This document shows positions 9,923-18,587 of a stretch of DNA of 64,000 bases, piece by piece. The notes below the pieces were generated by a model, which worked only from the letters and a program-made list of their open reading frames with translations, ran no database searches and was not told the origin of the DNA. Location of the stretch: sequence record MK373784.1; one strand, 5' to 3'. Source of the DNA: Escherichia phage vB_EcoM_MM02. Within the stretch, counting starts at the first letter, position 1. The number at the start of each line of letters is the position of its first letter. Position numbers and translations under genes: made by a program.

Positions 9923-10251
9923 TTTACCGCCTTAACAATTTTAAGGTCAACGAATTTTTTCTTACGTTGATTTTTCATACGACGGATAGTCTTTTCAGAG
10001 ATTTCATGTTTCTGATAAGCTTTAGATTCAACACCAAATGCAGCAACGTCAAATTCAGAAAGAATATATTGTACTAGAATTTCACGAATAGAATTACGTC
10101 CAATTTTCTGGTCGTGTTTTTGCATGATTTCATAAAGACGGAATTCCCACGCATCAAGAACTTGAGGAGTAACAACATTGCCAGATTCCAGAAGAGCAAC
10201 AACTTTATCGAAAGCGAAAGAATTAACTACGTTTTTGATTTTAGTAGACAT
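9919..10251 (-). CDS. Hypothetical protein
   Basis: Likely start MSTKIKN at 10251 with GAGGA SD; the upstream extension lies inside the promoter cassette. Confidence 0.4.
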   Translation of the reverse strand: MSTKIKNVVNSFAFDKVVALLESGNVVTPQVLDAWEFRLYEIMQKHDQKIGRNSIREILVQYILSEFDVAAFGVESKAYQKHEISEKTIRRMKNQRKKKFVDLKIVKAVK

Positions 10252-10269
10252 ATTATTTTCCTCGGTTAT

Positions 10270-10318
10270 TTTATTATCCAACGAGAGAATTATACTCATC
10301 TCTCAAGAGTTTGTATAC
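10270..10318 (-). promoter_or_regulatory. Promoter/stem-loop cassette (gagaga/tctctc arms flanking TATAAT)
   Basis: Near-identical to 41098..41147 apart from compensatory stem changes. Confidence 0.5.
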
Positions 10319-10557
10319 TATTTTTTAAGCATGAAAAGTAAGTAATTTGTATCACGTGGAGTAATATCAACACCCATATCAAAGATGCCTTTATAGATTG
10401 GGTATTTGTTTTCTGTTGTATCGAAGCTGAAACTATTTCCATCACAACTAACAGTAATAGCATCTGTTAAAATGTCATACTCAATCCTAACAATTGAATC
10501 ACCAATTTTAACGTCGAGGTGTTTTTTGAATTTGATAAAATCTAATTCTTGGGCCAT
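10318..10557 (-). CDS. Hypothetical protein
   Basis: 79-aa ORF. Confidence 0.4.
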   Translation of the reverse strand: MAQELDFIKFKKHLDVKIGDSIVRIEYDILTDAITVSCDGNSFSFDTTENKYPIYKGIFDMGVDITPRDTNYLLFMLKK

Positions 10558-10620
10558 GATATTTTCCTCATTTTAAGACGATAGGAAGATAATAACATGT
10601 CTTCCTATCGTTGTACATTA

Positions 10621-10821
10621 TTAACCGAACTTTTTAGCGCCTTTCCAGCCTTCGTACATAACTGCACAAGTCAGTAGTACAGCGTGCTGGCATTCTTTGT
10701 ATTTGTAAATCCAGAACCAGCGTAAGAAGTCTTCATCCTCAACGCCGTTGAGTTTCATATTGGCAAAGAATTCGGCACGTTCTTCACGAAGCTTTTGCGA
10801 TAACATAGATTCAGGATTCAT
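10621..10821 (-). CDS. Hypothetical protein
   Basis: 66-aa ORF. Confidence 0.35.
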   Translation of the reverse strand: MNPESMLSQKLREERAEFFANMKLNGVEDEDFLRWFWIYKYKECQHAVLLTCAVMYEGWKGAKKFG

Positions 10822-11045
10822 TTTGTGTTCCAGGCCCCATTTTCATCGATGAACTTAATCCAGTCATTTACAGACCATTTAGTTGTATCACCCTTTGGAT
10901 TAACATTTAAAGTATATAATCCCTGCTTAAAAAGCATTCGTTTGATATTCATAATTTCCTCAACTGTAACGATAACATTCGTTAGCTTTACGTTTGGCTT
11001 CAGTATGAGAAGTATTATAATCATACTCTTCTTTACTGTAAACAT
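10818..11045 (-). CDS. Hypothetical small protein (start uncertain)
   Basis: 75-aa ORF overlapping 10960..11280; real start probably an internal Met. Confidence 0.25.
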   Translation of the reverse strand: MFTVKKSMIIILLILKPNVKLTNVIVTVEEIMNIKRMLFKQGLYTLNVNPKGDTTKWSVNDWIKFIDENGAWNTK

Positions 11046-11280
11046 CTTTTTTCAACTTACGAACTTCTTTGCGGAGTTGTCGATTCATTTCATTCTTGAC
11101 TTCAGAATCAACGCCTTTCATACGTTTCCATTTATCTGAGCGGAAAATGTTTTCAACCATGTCTTTGTGGCTAACACCGTCAGGAGCTTTACGCTTACCA
11201 AAATAGTCATAATCGCGAACTTTCAAATCTTTACGACGATACGTTTTACCCATAAGTACCTCAGAGGTTGATTGATACAA
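10960..11280 (-). CDS. Hypothetical basic protein
   Basis: 106-aa Lys/Arg-rich ORF. Confidence 0.4.
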   Translation of the reverse strand: MYQSTSEVLMGKTYRRKDLKVRDYDYFGKRKAPDGVSHKDMVENIFRSDKWKRMKGVDSEVKNEMNRQLRKEVRKLKKDVYSKEEYDYNTSHTEAKRKANECYRYS

Positions 11281-11509
11281 CGCGTTTGATAAAATTCACT
11301 TCACTTACTGAAAGGTCTTTAAGACCGATTGATTCTAAACGCTGAGTAAGCGTCAACATCGGGATATAATCCCAATGAGTTTTATTTGCTTGATAAGTAC
11401 GAACGCCATTAGCAATTTCAACATGCAAATCGGAAATGGTAACGAATACCGGACGTTCGTCATTAACTTTAAGGGTTAGAACAACTTTCTTTGAATCTAA
11501 ACTAATCAT
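11261..11509 (-). CDS. Hypothetical protein
   Basis: 82-aa ORF. Confidence 0.4.
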   Translation of the reverse strand: MISLDSKKVVLTLKVNDERPVFVTISDLHVEIANGVRTYQANKTHWDYIPMLTLTQRLESIGLKDLSVSEVNFIKRVVSINL

Positions 11510-11688
11510 GACTTAATTTCCTTCGCAATTGAACAGAAGATACCACGGTCACAAAGCATTTCACCAATTTCTGGATATTTGATTGAACGGTACCAAACAT
11601 CCAGGCTTGAAACTCTGGTTATCTGTATGGCATTACCATTGACAGAATAGTACTGGTCAACCTTAATTTCTTTATCTTCAATTGTCAT
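11506..11688 (-). CDS. Hypothetical small protein
   Basis: Likely start MTIEDKEIK with GAGGA SD; the upstream extension overlaps a promoter cassette. Confidence 0.35.
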   Translation of the reverse strand: MTIEDKEIKVDQYYSVNGNAIQITRVSSLDVWYRSIKYPEIGEMLCDRGIFCSIAKEIKS

Positions 11689-11854
11689 TTTATTTTCCTC
11701 TATAGTAGATGGTTTAATCTTAACACATCTATTGAGGATGTAAACTGTTTTATGAAAATATTTTTTGATTTGAGAGGGGCACAAGGAGATAGTGAAGTGA
11801 AGATTCCAATGGATTATATTAGAAATGAGATAAAGAAGACCAGGCGGCACCTGG

Positions 11855-12178
11855 TCAATCTTCTATGATATCAGAGTCATATCCTAATGAAATCAAGGAC
11901 TTTTTAAACTCTGCAATATTCTTTTGTTTCTTATCATTTAAAAATATGACAGGATAACGAATATTAAGTGAAGTGAATCCTGCACGTTTAGCAAGAGATA
12001 CGATTAAAGGACGGTCATATTCAATCTTACCATTATTAGTGAGGACTTTATAAAATGTATAAGGAGCATTGAGATCCTTTAAAAGTTTTGTAACAGCATA
12101 ACATCCTGGACAACGTCCTACTTCTTCAGGGATGCCATAGATTTCAATCTTGTTCTTTAAGTTCGAGTTTTGTTCCAC
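11855..12178 (-). CDS. Glutaredoxin/NrdH-like redoxin (start uncertain, possibly GTG)
   Basis: CPGC active-site motif after KIEIYGIPEEVGR; the upstream part of the track ORF is the antisense shadow of 12144..12461. Confidence 0.5.
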   Translation of the reverse strand: MEQNSNLKNKIEIYGIPEEVGRCPGCYAVTKLLKDLNAPYTFYKVLTNNGKIEYDRPLIVSLAKRAGFTSLNIRYPVIFLNDKKQKNIAEFKKSLISLGYDSDIIED

Positions 12179-12461
12179 GAGAAATAATTCCTTGGTAAGC
12201 CCAATAAGGAGGATTAACAGAATCCTCGCCAGAGTTTTCTTCAGGAAAATAAACCTGGATAACAAATCCAGATTCATCAAAGGTAAAATAAACCGTAGGC
12301 AATTCACCTAACAATTCGGCACGAGCATTAATTTCTTCTAGATCTCGTTCACGTCCAGCCCAAAAACTAGGATTTAGATTACATTCGTAAAAATAATAGT
12401 CATTACCGAACATATCAAAACCCTTCCAACTCTCTACCACATACCGCTCAAAACTAATCAT
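12144..12461 (-). CDS. Hypothetical protein
   Basis: 105-aa ORF. Confidence 0.4.
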   Translation of the reverse strand: MISFERYVVESWKGFDMFGNDYYFYECNLNPSFWAGRERDLEEINARAELLGELPTVYFTFDESGFVIQVYFPEENSGEDSVNPPYWAYQGIISRGTKLELKEQD

Positions 12462-12463
12462 AA

Positions 12464-12679
12464 TTAAGCCTTTTTATCAAGAACAGAATTCAGTTTATTA
12501 GTAATTTTGTCCAAACGTTCATTGAATTCGCTGGAGGATAAACCCTTTTCTGGAGAAATTAAACTAATCACGAAAAATACACCAGTAAAAGGAATAAGAA
12601 AAATAGCTCCAACTGCCATAAACAAAAAGAACGTTACAGTTGTAAGAAAATCAGCTAAACCTTTACGAAATTTGTACAT
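12464..12679 (-). CDS. Hypothetical small membrane protein
   Basis: 71 aa with one strongly hydrophobic helix. Confidence 0.4.
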   Translation of the reverse strand: MYKFRKGLADFLTTVTFFLFMAVGAIFLIPFTGVFFVISLISPEKGLSSSEFNERLDKITNKLNSVLDKKA

Positions 12680-12789
12680 ATTTACCCTTAATTAACTAAG
12701 CATTGATAATCATTAAACTATATTGCGAATAAAATTCTGGACCAAAACGAAAAATCATATCATTTATAGTATCCATAATGTAATTCAAT

Positions 12790-13260
12790 TTAATCATGTT
12801 TCCACACCCCATCGCTATTTGACCAAAGTCGCTGATTATCTGATCCTCGCCAAAGCTTTTTAGTCGGAAGATTTTTCTCATACTTCCCATCAATAATAAC
12901 ATCAACATATTTAAGCATTTCTAGTTGTTTAATATCTTCAAACTTATATCCTGTCCACAACCAAATGCTTTTATTGGGATAAAGATTTTTTACTGTTTGA
13001 GCAATGCGATGAATAACATCTCGGTTATCAGGATAGAGAGGGTCTCCTCCGGTTATAGTTAATCCTTCTATATAATCATTATTCAAACATTCAATCAATT
13101 GTTCTAGTGTCTCTCCAGTGAATGGAGTACCATTTCTAGCATTCCATGTTGATTTATTATAACACCCTTCACATTTATGCAAACAACCTGTAACGAAAAG
13201 AACGACCCTGCATCCAGGGCCATTCACAAAATCGCAAGGATAAAATCTATCATAATTCAT
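12790..13260 (-). CDS. nrdG: Anaerobic ribonucleotide reductase activating protein NrdG (radical SAM)
   Basis: 156 aa; Cx3Cx2C motif CLHKCEGC; directly downstream of nrdD. Confidence 0.85.
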   Translation of the reverse strand: MNYDRFYPCDFVNGPGCRVVLFVTGCLHKCEGCYNKSTWNARNGTPFTGETLEQLIECLNNDYIEGLTITGGDPLYPDNRDVIHRIAQTVKNLYPNKSIWLWTGYKFEDIKQLEMLKYVDVIIDGKYEKNLPTKKLWRGSDNQRLWSNSDGVWKHD

Positions 13261-15074
13261 TGGTGTTTAACCCTATGCATGATTTCTTTATTTTTACCGA
13301 GATTAAATCCGCGCTCGTTCGGATTTCCCAAATAGCCGCATGTTCTTCTTATAGTGTTCATCTTTTTAGGATCAGTTTCTCCACAAACTGAACAAACAAA
13401 TCCGTTTTCAGTAGGAGTCATCTCATGGGTACTTCCACATGTAAAACATTTATCTACTGGCATATTAACACCAAAATAATCTAAATGTTGTGCAGCATAA
13501 TCCCAGACAGCCTCGAGTCCCTTTAAATTGTTTTTCATATCAGGAAGTTCAACATAAGAAATGTGACCACCTGTCGCAATGAAATGATATGGCGCTTCAC
13601 GAGAAATCTTTTCAAACGGAGTAATATTTTCTTCTACTGAAACATGGAAACTATTAGTGTACCAGCCTTTATCGGTAACATCCTTTACATTTCCATATTT
13701 TTCTGTATCGAGTTTACAGAAGCGATAACAAAGGTTTTCAGCAGGAGTAGAATACAAACTAAAAGCAAATCCAGTTCTTTCGGACCACTGTTTAAGATGA
13801 GCATTCATTTTAGTTAAAATTTCTTGCCCAATATCACGACCGACAAGAATATTCAATTCGTGAATACCAATGTATCCTAAAGACACTGAACTTCTACCGT
13901 TTTTAAATAACTCAATTATGTCGTCATCAGGTTTAAGACGAACCCCGAATGCACCTTCTTGGTAAAGAATAGGAGCAACAGTAGCTTTAACTCCTTTTAA
14001 GGAACTAATTCTACACATCAAAGCTTCAAAACATAAATCCATTCGTTCATTGAATAATTCAACAAATTTCTGTTCGTTAAATTGCGTTCCAATATAAGAA
14101 TCTAACGCGATGCGAGGAAGATTCAATGTTACAACACCAAGATTATTGCGACCATCAAGAATTTCATTACCGGTCGAATCTTTCCATACGCTCAAGAAAC
14201 TACGGCAGCCCATTGGAGAAACAGGAACTGAAGAACCGGTAATAGCTTTATTATTCTTAACCGAAATAATGTCAGGATACATTCTTTTGCTTGCACATTC
14301 TAACGCAAGTTGTTTAATATCATAGTTCGGATCATCTTTATAAAGATTAACACCTTCTTCAACAAACATAACAAGTTTAGGAAAAATAGGAGTTATTCCA
14401 TCACGACCAAGACCTTTAATGCGGTTTTTAAGAATTGCCTTCTGAATCATTCGTTCGGTCCAGTCAGTTCCCGTACCAAATGTAATTGTTACAAAAGGCG
14501 TTTGTCCGTTTGAACTAAAGAGAGTATTTACTTCATATTCATAAGCTTGGAATGCATCGTATACATCTTTTTCTGTTTTGGATTGAGCATAATTCAACGC
14601 ATCAGCGATTTGCCATTTTTCTGCATCCTCAATATGTTTAGCGTATGTGCGTTTAACATAAGGAGAAAGAACTTTATCTACATTCGCAAATGTAGTTCCG
14701 CCATACTGGTGTGAAGCAACTTGTGCGGTAATTTGTGCCATAATTGCAGTAGCAACGCCAATAGATTTAGGCGTTTCAATTTGAGCATTGCCTAATTTAA
14801 ATCCATTCTCAAGCATTCCTTTTAAATCTACTAAACAGCAATTAGTAAAAGGCAATGATATACTGTAATCTAAATCATGAAAATGAATTAATCCAACATT
14901 ATGGGCATTTACAATATGACTTGGAAGAATACGACAAGCGATATGTTTAGAAACAATACCGGCCATTAAATCTCTTTTTGTTGGAAAGACACGAGAATCT
15001 TTGTTGGCGTTTTCGGTATTTAATTCTTTATCTTTATTTGAAATAAAATTTAAAACATCTTTCTCTAAAGACAT
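13257..15074 (-). CDS. nrdD: Anaerobic ribonucleoside-triphosphate reductase NrdD
   Basis: 605 aa; C-terminal Zn-ribbon cysteines and glycyl-radical motif RRTCGYLG; uninterrupted. Confidence 0.9.
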   Translation of the reverse strand: MSLEKDVLNFISNKDKELNTENANKDSRVFPTKRDLMAGIVSKHIACRILPSHIVNAHNVGLIHFHDLDYSISLPFTNCCLVDLKGMLENGFKLGNAQIETPKSIGVATAIMAQITAQVASHQYGGTTFANVDKVLSPYVKRTYAKHIEDAEKWQIADALNYAQSKTEKDVYDAFQAYEYEVNTLFSSNGQTPFVTITFGTGTDWTERMIQKAILKNRIKGLGRDGITPIFPKLVMFVEEGVNLYKDDPNYDIKQLALECASKRMYPDIISVKNNKAITGSSVPVSPMGCRSFLSVWKDSTGNEILDGRNNLGVVTLNLPRIALDSYIGTQFNEQKFVELFNERMDLCFEALMCRISSLKGVKATVAPILYQEGAFGVRLKPDDDIIELFKNGRSSVSLGYIGIHELNILVGRDIGQEILTKMNAHLKQWSERTGFAFSLYSTPAENLCYRFCKLDTEKYGNVKDVTDKGWYTNSFHVSVEENITPFEKISREAPYHFIATGGHISYVELPDMKNNLKGLEAVWDYAAQHLDYFGVNMPVDKCFTCGSTHEMTPTENGFVCSVCGETDPKKMNTIRRTCGYLGNPNERGFNLGKNKEIMHRVKHQ

Positions 15075-15886
15075 AATTCTAATTTATCCTTTTGAAATTC
15101 TTCGTCTAAATATGGGTTCCAACCCATTTTAAACCTTTTGATGAAATTATCAATTCTAAATTTCGGTAAGTTTAAATCCGCAAAAATAGATGATTTACTT
15201 TTAAAATCTGGACCTAAATAATCATATAAAATTTCTGCGTATTTTAACCATAATATACAAGTACCGGATTTAATTGCGTTCGGAGTTTTCCAAGGTTTTA
15301 CACCATACATCGGATTTCCACTTCCTTTATGCCTGATAGAAGATGAAATTCCAATTTTAATTTTAGCTTCCTTTGTATGCGAAAATCCACGATGCGGATT
15401 TTCTTTCCAGTATTTTTTAGAAGCTTCTGATATTTTCTTTCTGGCTAAATTAGTATGATGCTTTCCATAAAATCCATTATTTTTGCCTTTATTACGATTT
15501 CTTTTAATCATGGTTATTGATTGCTTTTCTCTAGTTTCTTTAGAAGGAGAAATACCATATGTCGTAAATTTGCCATCAGCATATGCTAAATTAAAATACT
15601 CTTTATTCCATACATCTTTTTCTATATTCTTTTGAAATTCAGCTTCAATGCTAGTTATTTGTTCATCTCCGACTAATTGAAAATATAATATTTCAACTTT
15701 CGGCGTTTCTTTCAATAAGGCTTTTTGAAATTCGGAAGATGACGAAGACGAATAATAAAATTTACCATTTTTATCAATAATATTCGTTCCATCAAAAGTG
15801 CAATTGGTTTTACTTCCAATGTAATAATATGGTGGGGTTTTAGCATTAATTCTATTAATAAATGATAGTTTATATACTACATTCAT
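15065..15886 (-). CDS. Free-standing GIY-YIG homing endonuclease (Seg-like) with NUMOD3-type repeats
   Basis: N-terminal VVYKL...YYYIGSK pattern; two HTxxAKxKIS-like repeats; overlaps both the gene 49 stop and the nrdD start. Confidence 0.6.
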   Translation of the reverse strand: MNVVYKLSFINRINAKTPPYYYIGSKTNCTFDGTNIIDKNGKFYYSSSSSSEFQKALLKETPKVEILYFQLVGDEQITSIEAEFQKNIEKDVWNKEYFNLAYADGKFTTYGISPSKETREKQSITMIKRNRNKGKNNGFYGKHHTNLARKKISEASKKYWKENPHRGFSHTKEAKIKIGISSSIRHKGSGNPMYGVKPWKTPNAIKSGTCILWLKYAEILYDYLGPDFKSKSSIFADLNLPKFRIDNFIKRFKMGWNPYLDEEFQKDKLELCL

Positions 15887-16356
15887 TTTAAACTCTTTCT
15901 AAGCTGCTTTTTGAATGAAGCTATTAATTGTGTTTTAGTATCAGATTCATTATATTCAAATCCTCTTTGAAGCATCTCAGCCATCATTTCCTCTTTACCT
16001 AGTCTTGAGAACTCTTTAGTTTTGTCTGGAACAAAATTAGGATGGATATTATTATCAGAATAATCTTGTTTCAAATAAGCAAGAAGAGCTTCAAGCCATT
16101 CGAGGTAATCAACGTTTTTACCTTTAAGACCAGAACGGTTGAACTTATGCTTCATTTGGCCTTCTGCTGCGTTGCACAGAGAACAGAGTAACCCACGAAC
16201 TCTACCGGCTTTTGGCCCGTTTAATTCGTGGTCGTGGTCAAGATGGTTACCTTGAACATCAGGGTCTAATTCACGGTGGCAAATAGGACACTTACCATTC
16301 TGTGCATCATAAAATTTTTGTTTTTCTTCTTTATATTTTGCGCCTGATAATAACAT
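15883..16356 (-). CDS. 49: Endonuclease VII (Holliday-junction resolvase) gp49
   Basis: 157 aa; ...KFYDAQNGKCPICHRELDP...HLDHDHELNGPKAG... recognised as T4 gp49. Confidence 0.9.
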   Translation of the reverse strand: MLLSGAKYKEEKQKFYDAQNGKCPICHRELDPDVQGNHLDHDHELNGPKAGRVRGLLCSLCNAAEGQMKHKFNRSGLKGKNVDYLEWLEALLAYLKQDYSDNNIHPNFVPDKTKEFSRLGKEEMMAEMLQRGFEYNESDTKTQLIASFKKQLRKSLK

Positions 16357-16391
16357 GATAAACCCTTACCTTAAATAGATAAGGGTATTTA

Positions 16392-16817
16392 TTAACTTAA
16401 ACGTCTTTCTAAATATTCAATGTATTCTGCGGCTGCTTGCATCAGGTTACCTTCATAGCCGTCGTTATTTTCTTGTCCGGCTAATTTAGCTAATGCATAA
16501 GAAATTCGTTCACCTTCGAATTCACCAAGTTTACTACCTAGCACATCCGCAATATCAGCCGAATCAATTTCTTCGAGTTCATCTATTGAATGGGATTCCC
16601 AGAAGCACCAAAGAGAAGTATCACGGTCATAGATGCAAAGTTTCTCACCTGTGTTCAACATCACTTCAATAATGCCATGGTCGCCATAACCATCTTCGGT
16701 AGTAGTACCAATTACCTTGATGATCGTATCTTTCTTTAATTCAGGAAACTTGACTTGTAGTTCTTCATCTTCTTTAACAATCTTGAACCATTTACCGCGA
16801 GTTTCAGAAATATTCAT
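16392..16817 (-). CDS. Hypothetical acidic protein (T4 pin position)
   Basis: 141-aa ORF immediately upstream of 49. Confidence 0.4.
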   Translation of the reverse strand: MNISETRGKWFKIVKEDEELQVKFPELKKDTIIKVIGTTTEDGYGDHGIIEVMLNTGEKLCIYDRDTSLWCFWESHSIDELEEIDSADIADVLGSKLGEFEGERISYALAKLAGQENNDGYEGNLMQAAAEYIEYLERRLS

Positions 16818-16818
16818 A

Positions 16819-17016
16819 TCAATATTCTCTATAAAAGTTACGATGAGAACGTTTAGCTTTGCGAAGCTGGCGTTTAGTAGGACGAACCGTAAATGGTCGT
16901 CCGGAGAAAAAATTTGGTTCAGTTTTAATCAACACATACCAATCGTGTTCGCCACTTTTTAATAAACGGTATAACAATTTAACTTGCATAATAATCTCTT
17001 CCCATTTCCAAATCAA
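16819..17016 (-). CDS. Hypothetical small basic protein
   Basis: 65-aa ORF with Arg/Lys-rich C-terminus. Confidence 0.3.
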   Translation of the reverse strand: MIWKWEEIIMQVKLLYRLLKSGEHDWYVLIKTEPNFFSGRPFTVRPTKRQLRKAKRSHRNFYREY

Positions 17017-17206
17017 TCATATCGTTTACTGTAGGTTCATCATAACACGTTTCTTCGTCGTTGTAAACTGTTTCGACGTCTGGCTCGACAGTTTCCCATC
17101 GAGCGACATACCATGGCTTAACGGTCACACCAATAGCTCGATACTTCAAAATCGGGTTCATCATCATTCCAGGACCAGGGACCAATAGGAATCCATTTAC
17201 CGTCAT
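16979..17206 (-). CDS. Hypothetical protein (overlaps next ORF in another frame)
   Basis: 75-aa ORF; probable internal start. Confidence 0.3.
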   Translation of the reverse strand: MTVNGFLLVPGPGMMMNPILKYRAIGVTVKPWYVARWETVEPDVETVYNDEETCYDEPTVNDMIDLEMGRDYYAS

Positions 17207-17426
17207 CAGTGACGTTATATTCTTCAGGTTCTAGTCCAACGTATTGCCATTGGACTTCATAAGCAGTGCCACCAATTACGACGGTGTTTTCACCCCAGTG
17301 GTTAGCAACGGCAAAGTCAATACCTTCTTCCTTTGCCAGTGAAACCATGTATTCATAGAGTTTATATTCCAGGTCGTCTTCATTACCGTCACCCAGATAA
17401 ATTGTTTGTCCACTTAATTCTATCAT
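17118..17426 (-). CDS. Hypothetical acidic protein
   Basis: 102-aa ORF. Confidence 0.35.
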   Translation of the reverse strand: MIELSGQTIYLGDGNEDDLEYKLYEYMVSLAKEEGIDFAVANHWGENTVVIGGTAYEVQWQYVGLEPEEYNVTDDGKWIPIGPWSWNDDEPDFEVSSYWCDR

Positions 17427-17448
17427 AATTCCGCCATAAATTCGTCAA

Positions 17449-17616
17449 TCATTTAAAGTTCCAGAATGAAGCACCGACCAGAAATAAAGGCCAACAAATC
17501 ATAGACGTCAGCCACCAACAAAAATCACCTGCACCGAAATCATCTAATTTAGCTAGGGTCTTAGCATAGCCAATACCAATGATAAGATACAAAACACCTA
17601 ACATTAATTCAATCAT
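17449..17616 (-). CDS. Hypothetical 55-aa membrane protein (below the track cutoff)
   Basis: ATG overlaps the nrdC stop (ATGA); two hydrophobic segments. Confidence 0.3.
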   Translation of the reverse strand: MIELMLGVLYLIIGIGYAKTLAKLDDFGAGDFCWWLTSMICWPLFLVGASFWNFK

Positions 17617-17876
17617 TTGAAATATTCTCGCAACTCATTAAAACCGCCAATATGACTTCCGTCAGGAGCAAACACTTGAGGCATAGTCAATCCGACTTGT
17701 GATTCACGTCCAAGCTTAACCAGAAGCTCAGCAATTTTCTCATCATCAAAAACACCTTTTTCTGGCATAACGTTAATGAATTCGAATGGCTGTTTCTTAA
17801 TAGTCAGCAATCGTTTCGCATTATCACAATAAATGCATTTATGAATAGTAGAGTCATACCCGTACACTTTAAACAT
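17613..17876 (-). CDS. nrdC: Thioredoxin NrdC
   Basis: MFKVYGYDSTIHKCIYCDNAKRLL... with CxxC; recognised as T4 NrdC (87 aa). Confidence 0.9.
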   Translation of the reverse strand: MFKVYGYDSTIHKCIYCDNAKRLLTIKKQPFEFINVMPEKGVFDDEKIAELLVKLGRESQVGLTMPQVFAPDGSHIGGFNELREYFK

Positions 17877-18282
17877 TATTTTTCCTTTCATCGATTAAAT
17901 ATGCAACGCCAAATACAATACATGTAATAAAACCTGTGATACAGATAGAAACCAACAACACCGTACCAAAGAACCAAATCAAGTTATCTTTAGTAGTTTG
18001 TTTGATATCCATCTCACGAATTTCTATAGCTATAGTATCACCTTTATTCAGAAGCGTATAAAACGACGGTGATACATGCCTGTCAAAAACTCGTCCTTGC
18101 TCATCTTTATAGACGGCAATAAATTCTAATTTAGAATATTTTCCTGTAGATTGACCTGAAATTAATTCCACTACCTCCACAGGAATTACTTTAGTTTCCA
18201 TGTAAGTATTTTGGCTGTTCCAAATGAATGGAATAATAGCAAAAACTAAAGCTGCGATAAAACAACGAAGGCTATATCTCAT
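17869..18282 (-). CDS. Hypothetical membrane protein
   Basis: 137 aa; N- and C-terminal hydrophobic helices. Confidence 0.45.
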   Translation of the reverse strand: MRYSLRCFIAALVFAIIPFIWNSQNTYMETKVIPVEVVELISGQSTGKYSKLEFIAVYKDEQGRVFDRHVSPSFYTLLNKGDTIAIEIREMDIKQTTKDNLIWFFGTVLLVSICITGFITCIVFGVAYLIDERKNNV

Positions 18283-18587
18283 TATAATGTTCTCTCAAAT
18301 TTGTGGAAGCATTTACGGCATTTCAATTTCAAGTTATCACTGGTCCAGTTAACCAGTTGGACTTGGATAGTTCCACATTCCGGGCATGGATGTTTTGCTG
18401 CCGATTTGGCAGCATTTTCACGTCGTTCAACCATTTTCATTATTTCGTTCCATGCTGGAGGAACGAACTCTTCTTCACCATGAATTTTATCTCGCTGGAC
18501 AAATTCAATCTTTGAACTATCATCAATAAACTTAACTAAGCCATGATTAGTGCTCATATCAATATCCTCTAGAAGACGTAGGTTCAT
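18282..18587 (-). CDS. Hypothetical zinc-ribbon protein
   Basis: 101 aa; CPECG ... CRKC cysteine pairs. Confidence 0.45.
   Translation of the reverse strand: MNLRLLEDIDMSTNHGLVKFIDDSSKIEFVQRDKIHGEEEFVPPAWNEIMKMVERRENAAKSAAKHPCPECGTIQVQLVNWTSDNLKLKCRKCFHKFERTL

Noticed and set aside
11855-12307. Full 150-aa version of the nrdH-like ORF
   Set aside because: The first ~45 residues are low-complexity and antisense to 12144..12461; the conserved redoxin domain starts near 12178.
12696-12908. 70-aa ORF overlapping the 3' end of nrdG
   Set aside because: Overlaps nrdG by ~120 nt in another frame and has no motif; nrdG is full length without it.
13257-15074. Group I intron or intein in nrdD
   Set aside because: The nrdD reading frame is continuous at 605 aa; the adjacent endonuclease gene is free-standing.
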